Shown here: positions 6,767 through 15,210 of the stretch, piece by piece
How the letters are laid out: every line of letters begins with the position of its first letter
How positions within the stretch are numbered: position 1 is the stretch's first letter
Virus record (IMG/VR): IMGVR_UViG_3300020050_007616
Location: 1 to 34,037 of that record
Source of the DNA: a virus
Reading direction: 5' to 3' (one strand)
Length of the DNA: 34,037 nucleotides
Made by a program: the position numbers and the translations under genes
The notes under the pieces: generated by a model
Seen by the model: only the letters and a program-made list of their open reading frames with translations
Told to the model about the DNA's origin: nothing
Database searches by the model: none

Positions 6767-7357
6767 CTAGCGGCTGGTAGGTTTTGCCAATGAGTATTTT
6801 TTCCGAAGAGCATCGGCTACCCTATGATCTGTCTGCATATCAGCGAGCATGCAAGCCAGCTCATGCTTCCTTGCTCTCCATGCGCGGTGTGCGTCACCAG
6901 TATTATCAAAATATCCAAGGCCCTCCTTTTTTCTTGTAAATGGATTTCTACACCTTGATTGGTAGCAGTTTTTTCCAGTCACTTTATGCACACCCACTGG
7001 ATGCGCACCCCTAATAGCTAAGCTATCAGTCATAAACCTGTTTACAATACTTGGAACAAATAGACAGGTTTCAGGCGAGTATATTGGATTGCCATTGCTT
7101 AATAGATCACAATCAATCTCCATGCCTTGCCACTCTTGCTCCTGCATCCACGCTTTAAATGCCATGAATGACTTCCATTCCTTACACACTCTTTTAACCG
7201 AAAATGATGGCCGCCTTTCAATTGCTTTTTTTGAGTAGCACTCCCTAAGCATTGATTTCCATCTTTCATAAAACGGGCAAGACTCGGTTTTGCCATTTAC
7301 GGTAAATTTAACCTTGCGCCCAGAATCATTGATTCCGAATCCGTATACGGTCGCCAT
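6767..7357 (-). CDS. AP2/HNH-associated DNA-binding protein (homing-endonuclease-like phage family)
   Basis: 196 aa from the ATG at 7357 (TAATG overlap with the upstream stop). The pattern YGFGINDS...FYERWKSMLRECYS...VCKEWKSFMAFKAWM...DLLSNGNPIYSPETCLFVPSIVN...GVH...YQSRC...LGYFDNTGDAHRAW is typical of phage AP2-domain endonuclease-like proteins. Confidence 0.55.
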   Translation of the reverse strand: MATVYGFGINDSGRKVKFTVNGKTESCPFYERWKSMLRECYSKKAIERRPSFSVKRVCKEWKSFMAFKAWMQEQEWQGMEIDCDLLSNGNPIYSPETCLFVPSIVNRFMTDSLAIRGAHPVGVHKVTGKNCYQSRCRNPFTRKKEGLGYFDNTGDAHRAWRARKHELACMLADMQTDHRVADALRKKYSLAKPTSR

Positions 7358-7587
7358 TATGACGCCCTCCAAATCCGTACTCCGCCATTAACCTTCCTTG
7401 CCGTAAATGTCATGCCGTGCTTTTTCCCGTATTGGATAAAAGCACTTAGCGCCTTAGACCCAGACGCAGAACTATTAAAACCATTTGCATCAAGATATGA
7501 GTCACCAACATCCATACTTGCCGCAATGCTAGACCACTTCCCGCTATCCACTCTATTTGTCGGTAGTGGAACATTTTTATCAATCAT
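7357..7587 (-). CDS. Hypothetical 76-aa protein
   Basis: ORF track. A perfect SD (AAGGAGG) lies upstream of the ATG at 7587. Confidence 0.7.
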   Translation of the reverse strand: MIDKNVPLPTNRVDSGKWSSIAASMDVGDSYLDANGFNSSASGSKALSAFIQYGKKHGMTFTARKVNGGVRIWRAS

Positions 7588-7693
7588 AAAGCCTCCTTAT
7601 TGTTTAGCGCTCATTTTATTTAATTTATTAATAATATGCAATTATTGTGTGATAACACAAATCCACCCCAACCCTACCGCATACATCCCCCCG

Positions 7694-7890
7694 CCCTACA
7701 CCCTATGTAAACATAGGGGTGTAGGGGAGCGGAGGGGGATAGTACTTTTTGCCCCCTAGGGGGTTTAGGGGGAAAAGTTATCCACAGCCAAAAAATGCCG
7801 CAAACCATTGATTTTATTGGGTTTTGTAGTTTACAGAATCCCCCTAGGGGGATTTTAGGGGGATTAGGGGGAAGTAGAAAAATCCCCCTA
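7694..7890. repeat. Iteron-like cluster of TAGGGG(G)/CCCCCTA repeats, including two perfect 12-bp palindromes CCCCCTAGGGGG (7752-7763, 7840-7851)
   Basis: TAGGGGG on plus at 7757, 7766, 7845, 7856 and 7865. TAGGGG at 7714 and 7722. CCCCCTA at 7752, 7840 and 7884. Confidence 0.8.
7778..7786 (+). promoter_or_regulatory. DnaA box TTATCCACA (perfect consensus)
   Basis: Exact match to TTATCCACA. Confidence 0.6.
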
Positions 7891-7899
7891 ATCGCGTTT

Positions 7900-7908
7900 T
7901 TATCCACA
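7900..7908 (+). promoter_or_regulatory. DnaA box TTATCCACA (perfect consensus)
   Basis: Exact match, same orientation as the box at 7778. Confidence 0.6.
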
Positions 7909-7956
7909 GGCCAATTTTTGGCGCATTTTGGCTAGTTTTTTGTCTTTTTTAGATAC

Positions 7957-7977
7957 AAAAAAGGGCCAAAAAGGCCC
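7957..7977 (-). terminator. Rho-independent terminator after the primase-helicase gene
   Basis: Minus strand: GGGCC-TTTTT-GGCCC followed by TTTTTT. On the plus strand the same hairpin is followed by GTTTT. Confidence 0.65.
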
Positions 7978-7990
7978 GTTTTCAAAACTC

Positions 7991-7999
7991 TTATACACA
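7991..7999 (+). promoter_or_regulatory. DnaA box TTATACACA (fits TTATNCACA). A 1-mismatch box TTATCAACA lies at 8003-8011.
   Basis: Exact match to the degenerate consensus, same orientation. Confidence 0.5.
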
Positions 8000-8020
8000 G
8001 ACTTATCAACAGATTTTAGG

Positions 8021-10027
8021 TTATTTTTTAATCAAATTGCTTGCAGCCTCATCACCTGTTTGCACCAAAATAAACCCGCCGCTTTCTACTGCAACACGGC
8101 CAGCCTTTATGAGCGCCCCCATCATTTTGTCTTCATACGACACACAAACAGCGTTTTCAGCCGTTCGCTTTGCCATCCCTTGCACGCTCATAAGCCATTC
8201 CTTAAGCGCAGATTTTGAGACAAAGCGACAGCCGCGCACGTAATCTTGCCCAAGATGCTGCCATGCCAGGACGAATAAATCCTCATGCTTTTTGTTGCCA
8301 GGCGATTGCTTTTCCTCCCCTTGCACTATCTTAATAACGGCACTCGTTACCGCCTCGCCATCTTCATCAATCCACGGCAGAGCTACTGTTTCAAGTTTCA
8401 TGAACAAAGTCGGTGCTAGTTCAGCATCCTTGCTTTTGCGCTGGACTAACTGCATAGGCTCACCTTCTTTTGCCGGTACCACTGACAATTCAATATCCAG
8501 CGCCCCACGCCACGCAGACGAGCCACGCGCACGGTGTTGAGACTCATCACTGACGCCGGTATGGTGCACAAGCAAAACACTGCAATCATAGTCCTGCATT
8601 AGTGCGCCGCAGGCATCCAACATTGTTTTTGCGTCTTCAGATGAATTTTCATCACCCAATAAAAAGCGGTGAAGCGTATCGACTACAATTAGCCCTGGCT
8701 TAACCGGCAGCGAATCAATAGCGGCACGTGTGCGCTGATACCCTTCTGCCGTGTTCAAATCCGTACCTGCACGGCTTAGCCACATGTTTAAATGCCCTGC
8801 ATTGTTGTGCTGCTTCCATGCTGCCAACCTGCCGCGTAATCCGTGATGGCCCTCACCGGCTAGATATACTACCGGCTCTGGGCGGCAAGGTGAGCCATGC
8901 CAGTCTGTTAATCCGGCGGCCAGGTGTAGGCACATATCTAGCACAACAAACGTTTTGCCACCGCCACTTGGGCCGTGCACCATAATTAAGGCATTACGCT
9001 GCAATTGTCCTTTAATAAGCCAACGGATTGGTGACGGTTGGCTGCAAAAATCGTTGGCATCAATTAGCCAATCAGTGGCCGCTGGTGGATTTAGCAATGC
9101 TAAAATGTCATACCCAGCTGCGTGATAGTCGTTTGCATCCATGCCTTCAATTGGCGGCACAACGACCCTCGCGCCGTGCTCTTTTGCTGCCTTTTCTGCC
9201 GCCACAATACCTGGTCGTGTGCCTGTTGCTGGGTTTATGTGGTCGTGATCTGCAACAATGACAATGCCTCGCTCACGCGCTTTTGCAATGCCCGCCACGG
9301 CAGATAATTGCCCCGAGCTGAACGCTATATATACACTGGCCCCAGTCACTTCATGAACGGTTGCCGCTGTGGCGTAGCCTTCGCATATATATGCCGTCTC
9401 TCCGCTGCCCATAATTGGGAAAAACGCGCCCTCTGATTTACCACCGCCTAGGTATTTTTTTTCGCCATCGGCGCTAATGAACTGGCAACTAACTAACTCG
9501 CCAGTATCTGCCAACATCGGTACAACTAAGCGCCCATCGCCAGAAACTTTCAGGCCATGGCTTTGCACTCCCTTGCGCGCCAGGTATGGGTGATCATTGC
9601 TGGCATTGCTTGCGCCTTGCCATATTTGTTCTGCTATATCTTGTGCGGTTTCATGCTTCTTAGCGGTTTCCTCTTCCCTGCGTTTTTTAGCATCGCGCAT
9701 TCTTGCGCTATATTCCATTTCTTCAATTGGCGATAGCTGGCGGCCAATATCCTGACGCCAGTTAATAGCTGTGCCTTCTTTCCAGTCACCAAACGCACCG
9801 GCGCAGACTTTGCCATCATAAGCAACGTACCAGCCGGAATCTTTCCATTTTCGGCCGTCAGTGCTAAAGCGGTGGATTTTGCCATCCATAATAATGGAGT
9901 CAGGTTGTTCATAGCCGTGGCTGGCAATTGCATCTAATAGTTGTATATCAGCCGGTTTTTTATACTCAGGCGCTGGTGGTTCTGGTGCTTTGAAATCACC
10001 GCCGAAAATGCTAGTTATGCTGGCCAT
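8021..10027 (-). CDS. Bifunctional DNA primase (Toprim) / RepA-DnaB-like helicase
   Basis: 668 aa. Toprim Glu in YICEGYATAATV and DxD in VIVADHDH. C-terminal ATPase with Walker A (HGPSGGGKT), Walker B (LIVVDTLHRF) and LLVHHTG. Confidence 0.85.
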   Translation of the reverse strand: MASITSIFGGDFKAPEPPAPEYKKPADIQLLDAIASHGYEQPDSIIMDGKIHRFSTDGRKWKDSGWYVAYDGKVCAGAFGDWKEGTAINWRQDIGRQLSPIEEMEYSARMRDAKKRREEETAKKHETAQDIAEQIWQGASNASNDHPYLARKGVQSHGLKVSGDGRLVVPMLADTGELVSCQFISADGEKKYLGGGKSEGAFFPIMGSGETAYICEGYATAATVHEVTGASVYIAFSSGQLSAVAGIAKARERGIVIVADHDHINPATGTRPGIVAAEKAAKEHGARVVVPPIEGMDANDYHAAGYDILALLNPPAATDWLIDANDFCSQPSPIRWLIKGQLQRNALIMVHGPSGGGKTFVVLDMCLHLAAGLTDWHGSPCRPEPVVYLAGEGHHGLRGRLAAWKQHNNAGHLNMWLSRAGTDLNTAEGYQRTRAAIDSLPVKPGLIVVDTLHRFLLGDENSSEDAKTMLDACGALMQDYDCSVLLVHHTGVSDESQHRARGSSAWRGALDIELSVVPAKEGEPMQLVQRKSKDAELAPTLFMKLETVALPWIDEDGEAVTSAVIKIVQGEEKQSPGNKKHEDLFVLAWQHLGQDYVRGCRFVSKSALKEWLMSVQGMAKRTAENAVCVSYEDKMMGALIKAGRVAVESGGFILVQTGDEAASNLIKK

Positions 10028-10211
10028 AGCTCAGGCGCTCCGTGCCAATTGAATTAAAATGCGCCAACCTTGCGGCATCGTCATGACTTAATTGGCCATC
10101 GTTTTTTATGTGCCGGTATAGCTTGAAATAACTAATGCCGGTTTCGCTTGATATAAGCTTAATGCTGTAGCCTCGCTCAATCAGTGATTCAATTATTTTT
10201 TTGGTATTCAT
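10011..10211 (-). CDS. Small HTH DNA-binding protein (Cro-like candidate regulator), 66 aa
   Basis: Starts at ATG 10211 (MNTKKIIESLIERGYSIKLISSETGISYFKLYRHIK...). The longer ORF-track start would run through the operator palindrome. First gene of the leftward operon. Confidence 0.6.
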   Translation of the reverse strand: MNTKKIIESLIERGYSIKLISSETGISYFKLYRHIKNDGQLSHDDAARLAHFNSIGTERLSYGQHN

Positions 10212-10247
10212 TTCGCCCGCCTTTGTTATAAGTGCGGCCATTATTGT

Positions 10248-10270
10248 ATTTGCAAAATAATTTTGCAAAT
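10248..10270. promoter_or_regulatory. Perfect 23-bp palindromic operator ATTTGCAAAAT-A-ATTTTGCAAAT
   Basis: All 11 arm positions pair, checked by hand. It lies between the divergent starts at 10211 and 10361. Confidence 0.75.
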
Positions 10271-10275
10271 ACTAT

Positions 10276-10292
10276 TGCAAAAAAAATTTGCA
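10276..10292. promoter_or_regulatory. Second operator-like inverted repeat TGCAAA-AAAAA-TTTGCA, followed by a -10-like TATAAA (10296-10301)
   Basis: It has the same TTTGCA half-site as the 23-bp palindrome. Confidence 0.5.
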
Positions 10293-10360
10293 CGCTATAA
10301 AGTGCAACCCATGCAGCCAACCCGATAATCGAACCGGCCGCTAAACAAAGGAAAATACAA

Positions 10361-11032
10361 ATGGCAATTGAACTAAAAAACACCCGTGGCTTACATGCCA
10401 ACGGTGTGAAAATGCTTGTCTATGGACAAGCCGGTGCTGGTAAAACTTCACTAATCCCAACACTTCCAAACCCTATCGTTTTAAGTGCTGAGGGCGGTTT
10501 GCTGTCAATTAGTGGAGCGGATATTCCGTTCATTGAAATCAAATCCATGGATGATTTATTCGAGGCATACAACTGGTTGACTTCAACCGATGAAGGCAAG
10601 ACGTTTGATAGTGTGGCTCTAGACTCAATCAGTGAAATTGCTGAAGTTTGCTTAAACACTGAAAAGAAGAGAGCAAAAGACCCGCGACAGGCTTATGGGG
10701 AAATGCAGGAAAAGATGTCTGACATTATCCGAGCTTTCCGCGATCTGCCAGGCAAGCATGTTTTATTTACAGCCAAACTAGAAAAGACCCAGGACGAAAT
10801 GGGCCGCATACTCTACGCACCGTCAATGCCCGGGAACAAAACGGGCCAAGGCTTGCCGTATTTTTTTGATCTGGTAATGGCTTTACGTGTAGAAAAGGAC
10901 GCTGAAGGCAACACACAGCGCGCCTTGATGTGTGATTCTGACGGTTTATGGCAAGCCAAGAACCGCTCCGCAGGCAAGCTATCTATGTGGGAGGTTGCAG
11001 ACCTTGGCCATATTATAGGGGCGCTTAAATGA
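10361..11032 (+). CDS. AAA_24 / Sak4-like RecA-fold ATPase (single-strand annealing accessory)
   Basis: 223 aa. Walker A YGQAGAGKTS. Size and neighbourhood (followed by DUF669) are typical. Confidence 0.75.
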   Translation: MAIELKNTRGLHANGVKMLVYGQAGAGKTSLIPTLPNPIVLSAEGGLLSISGADIPFIEIKSMDDLFEAYNWLTSTDEGKTFDSVALDSISEIAEVCLNTEKKRAKDPRQAYGEMQEKMSDIIRAFRDLPGKHVLFTAKLEKTQDEMGRILYAPSMPGNKTGQGLPYFFDLVMALRVEKDAEGNTQRALMCDSDGLWQAKNRSAGKLSMWEVADLGHIIGALK

Positions 11033-11409
11033 GCATCTACAAAGACTGGATTGACGCCAAAGAATGTGAGCGAATAGCCGTAGAAAAGCGCCGAGAAATC
11101 GAGGACAAGCTTATTAAGCATTATCAAATAAGCGAAGCCTCAGAAGGCTCAAAATCAATCAAAGATGAAGGTTATGTTGTAAAAGTTATCTGCCGCATGA
11201 ACCGCACAATTGACGCCGATTTATTGCAGGAAATCGCAATTGAAAACGGTTTAACCGAACACCTTGGCAGCCTGTTCCGGTGGAAACCTGAGATAAACAC
11301 AAAGGCTTGGAAAGATGCAGACGAAAGCATCACTGCGCCGCTATTAGGCGCAATAACAACAAAGCCGGGTCGCCCGTCTTTTTCAATTGAACTGAACGAC
11401 AAACAATAA
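11029..11409 (+). CDS. Hypothetical 126-aa protein
   Basis: ORF track. ATGA overlap with the upstream stop. Confidence 0.65.
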   Translation: MSIYKDWIDAKECERIAVEKRREIEDKLIKHYQISEASEGSKSIKDEGYVVKVICRMNRTIDADLLQEIAIENGLTEHLGSLFRWKPEINTKAWKDADESITAPLLGAITTKPGRPSFSIELNDKQ

Positions 11410-11425
11410 ACAAAAGGAAAAAATC

Positions 11426-11908
11426 ATGGCAAATTTAGGATTTAACGTAAACGTAAACGACCTGCCGCAGGAATCAAATAGTTTTGAACCGCTGCCGGCC
11501 GGTGATTATGGCGTAACTATTTCAGGTGCTGAGATTGCCGCCACAAAGTCAGGCACAGGCCAGTATATTAAGCTAAAAATGACTGTAACCGGCCCAACGC
11601 ATCAGGGGCGCATTGTGTTTAGCAATCTAAACATCAAAAACGACAGTCAGAAAGCGGAGGAGATTGGCCGCCAACAACTTGGCGCAATTATGCGCGCAAT
11701 CGGTCTGCCATCAATTCAGGACACAGATCAGTTAATCGGCGGCAGTCTTATTGTTAAGCTGAAAATTGTTAAATCAGAGGAATATGGCGATAAAAATGAA
11801 GTGAGCGCTTATAAGGCTGCAACCGGAAGCGCACCTGCAATGCCTAATGTAATGCCAACGGCAGCACCTGCGCAAACAACAGGCGCAAAAGCGCCTTGGA
11901 TGAAATAA
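11426..11908 (+). CDS. DUF669-family phage ssDNA-binding-like protein
   Basis: 160 aa. FEPLPAGDYGVTISGAEIAATKSGTGQYIKLKMTV...GRIVFSNLNI matches the DUF669 pattern. Confidence 0.7.
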   Translation: MANLGFNVNVNDLPQESNSFEPLPAGDYGVTISGAEIAATKSGTGQYIKLKMTVTGPTHQGRIVFSNLNIKNDSQKAEEIGRQQLGAIMRAIGLPSIQDTDQLIGGSLIVKLKIVKSEEYGDKNEVSAYKAATGSAPAMPNVMPTAAPAQTTGAKAPWMK

Positions 11909-11917
11909 AAAGACTAT

Positions 11918-11948
11918 GCCCCTAGAAATAGGGGCTTTTATTTTTTGG
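11918..11948 (+). terminator. Rho-independent terminator
   Basis: GCCCCT-AGAAAT-AGGGGC followed by TTTTATTTTTT. Confidence 0.75.
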
Positions 11949-11955
11949 GGGAAAT

Positions 11956-12981
11956 ATGGCAAAAATTCCAGAGCCTAAAAATGGATTGGCGGCAATTATC
12001 GATAACAAAATTGCAGAGATTCGAGAAAATCCGCGCCAGCATTTAGGTGCATCTATGCTTGGCCATCATTGCGATCGATGGTTGTGGCTTAGTTTTCGTT
12101 GGGCAGTTATTGAGAAATTTAACGGCCGAATGTTACGTCTGTTTCGTCGGGGACAGAATGAAGAGGCTGGTGTTATTGGTGATTTACGACTTGCAGGCTT
12201 GTCTATCACCGAAGAGGTTGACGGGCGTCAAATTCGAGTGGATTTTGGGTCGTTTATATCTGGAAGCTTAGACGGAATAATTAAATCAGGTGTTTTTGAA
12301 TCACCTAAAAAACCGCATGTTCTTGAAATAAAAACACACTCATTAAAATCATTTGACGATTTAGAAAAACAAGGTGTTGAAAAATCAAAACCTATGCACT
12401 TTGCACAAACTCAGGTTTATATGCACGGCACAGGTGTTGACCGAGCGCTATACGCTGCTGTTTGCAAAAACGACGACCGATATTATTTTGAGCGGGTGCG
12501 ATACATCAAAGACGTTGCCGAAAAATTAGTTGAGCGAGGAATGCGCATAACAATGGCAAGCCGCCTTCCAGAGCCATGCGTAGGCGCATCGCCAGACTGG
12601 TATCAGTGCAAGTTTTGCGCAGCGCATGATTTTTGCCATGGATCAAAACTAACTCAGCAAGTAAACTGCCGCACCTGTTGCCACTCAACAGCCTTGCCGC
12701 AATCTGTTTTTGTGTGCTCAAAATGGGGTGCTGAAATACCAACACATGCGCAGATGACAGGATGCAATTACCATGCACTGCATATTGATTTAGTGCCATG
12801 GCCACTAGCTGGAAGTGTGGATGAATTTACGCCTGTTTATGAAATTGCCGGAAAAGAAATAGCTAATGGTTATGGGCACTATTCAAGCGCAGAACTAATC
12901 AATGGCCGCGAATTGTGCGCCGATAACAATGTCCAGGCTTTGCGTAGTGAGCTTGGCGCAAAAATAATTGCAAGGGGATAA
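11956..12981 (+). CDS. PD-(D/E)XK Cas4/RecB-like exonuclease with a Cys-rich C-terminal extension
   Basis: 341 aa. Motifs SLDGII...VLEIKTHS (D...ExK) and QTQVYMH (QxxxY). Cys pattern C(40)...CKFCAAHDFC (CX2CX5C) as in Cas4/AddB Fe-S nucleases. Confidence 0.7.
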   Translation: MAKIPEPKNGLAAIIDNKIAEIRENPRQHLGASMLGHHCDRWLWLSFRWAVIEKFNGRMLRLFRRGQNEEAGVIGDLRLAGLSITEEVDGRQIRVDFGSFISGSLDGIIKSGVFESPKKPHVLEIKTHSLKSFDDLEKQGVEKSKPMHFAQTQVYMHGTGVDRALYAAVCKNDDRYYFERVRYIKDVAEKLVERGMRITMASRLPEPCVGASPDWYQCKFCAAHDFCHGSKLTQQVNCRTCCHSTALPQSVFVCSKWGAEIPTHAQMTGCNYHALHIDLVPWPLAGSVDEFTPVYEIAGKEIANGYGHYSSAELINGRELCADNNVQALRSELGAKIIARG

Positions 12982-12982
12982 A

Positions 12983-14560
12983 ATGCTAAGGGACTACCAA
13001 CAGCGCGCCATTGACCAGCTTTATAGTTGGTTTGGCGATAATCCAAATGGAGACCCGTGCCTAATTTTACCGACTGGCGCAGGGAAGTCTCATATTGTGG
13101 CTGCACTATGTAAAAACGCCGTGCAATCATGGCCTGGCACAAGAATTTTAATGCTCAGCCATGTTAAGGAGCTTATATCTCAGAATGCTGAAAAGATGCG
13201 CCAGCATTGGCCCAACGCACCACTTGGAATTTACAACAGCGCACTTAATCGACGGGAAGTGGACGCCATAACATTTGGCAGTATTCAGTCGCTGCACAAA
13301 AAGGCCATTATTATTGGCAAGCGCGATTTAGTCATCGTTGACGAGTGCCACAAAATCGACAACAAAGAGCGAGGCCAGTACAGGGAGCTAATCAAACAAT
13401 TACATGACATCAACCCAGCTATGCGCGTAGTTGGTTTAACTGCTACCCCATACCGCACCGGCCAAGGAAAGTTAAACGAAGGCGATGACGCCTTGTTTTG
13501 CGATTTAATCGAGCCGGTAACAGTTAGGGAGCTTGTAGAGCGTGGATTTTTGGCGCCGCTTAAATCTAAGTTAACAACGGCAATAATTGACACAAGCCAG
13601 GTTAAAAAACGCGGCGGCGAATTTATCCGAGGGCAATTAGAAAGCGCGTCCGATGCAATAACAAAGCAGGCAATAGCGGAAATAATTGCCAGAGCTGGCG
13701 ACAGAAAGCACTGGCTACTATTCTGCTCTGGCGTAGAGCATGCCAAGCATTGCGCCAGTGAATTAAATGCCCAGGGTATTAGTGCAAATTATCTGAATGG
13801 CGGAATGTCAGACAAGGAGCGTGACGCCATGCTAGATGATTTTTCTGCCGGAAAATTTCAGGCGCTAACCAACTGCGACATATTAACCACTGGTTACGAC
13901 TTCCCCGATATTGATTTAATCGCATTTCTTCGCCCCACAATGTCGCCATCATTGTATGTGCAAATGGCTGGGCGAGGAATGAGGCTAAAGAGCCACACAG
14001 ACCATTGCCTGGTGCTGGATTTTGCCGGAAACGTTGAGCGACATGGCCCCATAGTGGATGTGCAACCACCAAAAAAAGCAGGTGAAGGCGGCGGAGAAGC
14101 ACCGGCAAAAGCTTGCCCGGTATGTGCCGAGCTTGTTCATACAAGTTGCATGCTGTGCCAGGAGTGTGGCCATGTATGGGAGAAGAAGGAAAAGGCACTA
14201 ACACTAAGCACAGCCGATATAATGGGCATCGACCCGCTTGATATGCGCGTAACCGATTGGAAGTGGATGTGCCACGTTAGCCGTAAAACCGGCAAGGAAA
14301 TGGTCAAGGTTAAATACTATGGCGGAATTTCAGATCCGGTTATTGATGAGTATTTTTGCATAACGCATGAAGGTTTTACAGGCACAAAGGCACGCGCACA
14401 ATTGCAGAGAATAGCATTAAGCGCACATTGCCAGGGTGAGCCAAATCTATCCGACATGGACGATACGGCTTTATTTATGAACACCGGAAAGCCTCCGGAG
14501 CTAATTAAATACTTTAAACGCGGAAAGTATTTTGAACTAACAGAGAGGGCTTGGGCATGA
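12983..14560 (+). CDS. SF2 DEAH-box DNA helicase with a C-terminal zinc ribbon
   Basis: Motif I LPTGAGKS, motif II DECH, motif III TATPYR, motif VI QMAGRGMR. Zinc ribbon CPVC...CQEC. The ATG at 12983 is preceded by AGGGGA. Confidence 0.85.
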   Translation: MLRDYQQRAIDQLYSWFGDNPNGDPCLILPTGAGKSHIVAALCKNAVQSWPGTRILMLSHVKELISQNAEKMRQHWPNAPLGIYNSALNRREVDAITFGSIQSLHKKAIIIGKRDLVIVDECHKIDNKERGQYRELIKQLHDINPAMRVVGLTATPYRTGQGKLNEGDDALFCDLIEPVTVRELVERGFLAPLKSKLTTAIIDTSQVKKRGGEFIRGQLESASDAITKQAIAEIIARAGDRKHWLLFCSGVEHAKHCASELNAQGISANYLNGGMSDKERDAMLDDFSAGKFQALTNCDILTTGYDFPDIDLIAFLRPTMSPSLYVQMAGRGMRLKSHTDHCLVLDFAGNVERHGPIVDVQPPKKAGEGGGEAPAKACPVCAELVHTSCMLCQECGHVWEKKEKALTLSTADIMGIDPLDMRVTDWKWMCHVSRKTGKEMVKVKYYGGISDPVIDEYFCITHEGFTGTKARAQLQRIALSAHCQGEPNLSDMDDTALFMNTGKPPELIKYFKRGKYFELTERAWA

Positions 14561-14763
14561 TTCCAGACATTGAAACCCGTGACGATTATGAGCAGGCGAT
14601 GCTATACCGGGATAATTTATGGCACGAATTGAATAAACCCCGGTGCGCATTGTGCGAATCAAACCGGAAAGGCCAGTGCGTTAAATTCATGCAGGAAATT
14701 CCGCCTGAGTTTATGTACAAAAAAACAACCTGCCAGGAGTTTGCCCATGACATCCCGTTTTGA
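14551..14763 (+). CDS. Hypothetical 70-aa Cys-containing protein
   Basis: ORF track. Overlaps the helicase stop. Confidence 0.55.
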   Translation: MGMIPDIETRDDYEQAMLYRDNLWHELNKPRCALCESNRKGQCVKFMQEIPPEFMYKKTTCQEFAHDIPF

Positions 14764-15130
14764 ACCTGATTACTCTAACGGCAATATACCTGATGAGCAC
14801 GAAGAGCAACGGTTTTTTATTACGCAATTCCGCAAGCGCTGGCCAAGTGTACGAATTTTCGCAATACCGAACGGAGGGTCGCGCGGAATACGTGAGGCCG
14901 CCAGACTAAAGGCTGAGGGAGTTAGCGCTGGTGTTCCTGATTTATTCATCCCAGAGTGGTTGTGCTGGGTTGAAATGAAAAAGGCAAAAGGTGGCAGGGT
15001 TTCACCAGAGCAGGCCGACTGGCACAAATACCTGATTGATGTCGGGCAGCGTGTGCAAGTGTGCGCAGGCTGGCAAGAGGCAATGTTATTTGTTGAGCAA
15101 GTGGCAGAATCTGCCAATCAAAACGCCTGA
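14747..15130 (+). CDS. VRR-NUC domain nuclease
   Basis: ATG at 14747 with AGGAG 7 nt upstream. Motifs IPNGGSRG, GVPDLFI and WVEMKKAKGGRVSPEQADW (D...ExK). Confidence 0.75.
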   Translation: MTSRFEPDYSNGNIPDEHEEQRFFITQFRKRWPSVRIFAIPNGGSRGIREAARLKAEGVSAGVPDLFIPEWLCWVEMKKAKGGRVSPEQADWHKYLIDVGQRVQVCAGWQEAMLFVEQVAESANQNA

Positions 15131-15132
15131 TT

Positions 15133-15177
15133 TTGGTAGTTTTTGCCAATTACACGCCCGCATAGTCTGCATAAGAT
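15133..15177 (+). promoter_or_regulatory. Inverted-repeat motif TTGGTAGTTTTTGCCAAT plus a -10-like TAAGAT at 23-nt spacing
   Basis: Motif at 15133-15150, TTGCCA at 15143-15148, a 23-nt spacer, then TAAGAT at 15172-15177. SD and the ATG at 15211 follow. Confidence 0.55.
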
Positions 15178-15210
15178 TGGCGGGTGAGTTTTAATATAAG
15201 GTAGTAACAA

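Larger units (their letters stand above)
7600..8015. other. Putative phage replication origin / control region
   Basis: Non-coding about 430 bp next to the primase-helicase gene. Contents: an AT-rich tract (7605-7645), a small IR TTGTGT-GATA-ACACAA (7645-7660) and a 14/15-bp imperfect palindrome (7694-7726). Also two CCCCCTAGGGGG palindromes, multiple TAGGGGG repeats and three TTATNCACA DnaA boxes. Confidence 0.6.

Noticed and set aside
7694-7890. Possible CRISPR array, given the short G-rich repeats
   Set aside because: The repeat units are only 6-12 bp, irregularly spaced and present in both orientations, with no 25-40-bp repeat/spacer periodicity. The pattern is iteron-like, not CRISPR.
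7412-7907. ORF-track entries 7412-7759 (plus) and 7674-7907 (minus)
   Set aside because: They are composed of the iteron, palindrome and DnaA-box repeats (PPxPP-type low complexity). They have no SD and lie in the terminator/origin region.
10189-10401. 70-aa minus-strand ORF across the divergent control region, and the long 85-aa version of ORF 10011-10268
   Set aside because: Both would be translated through the operator palindromes and promoters. The internal ATG at 10211 gives a compact HTH protein.
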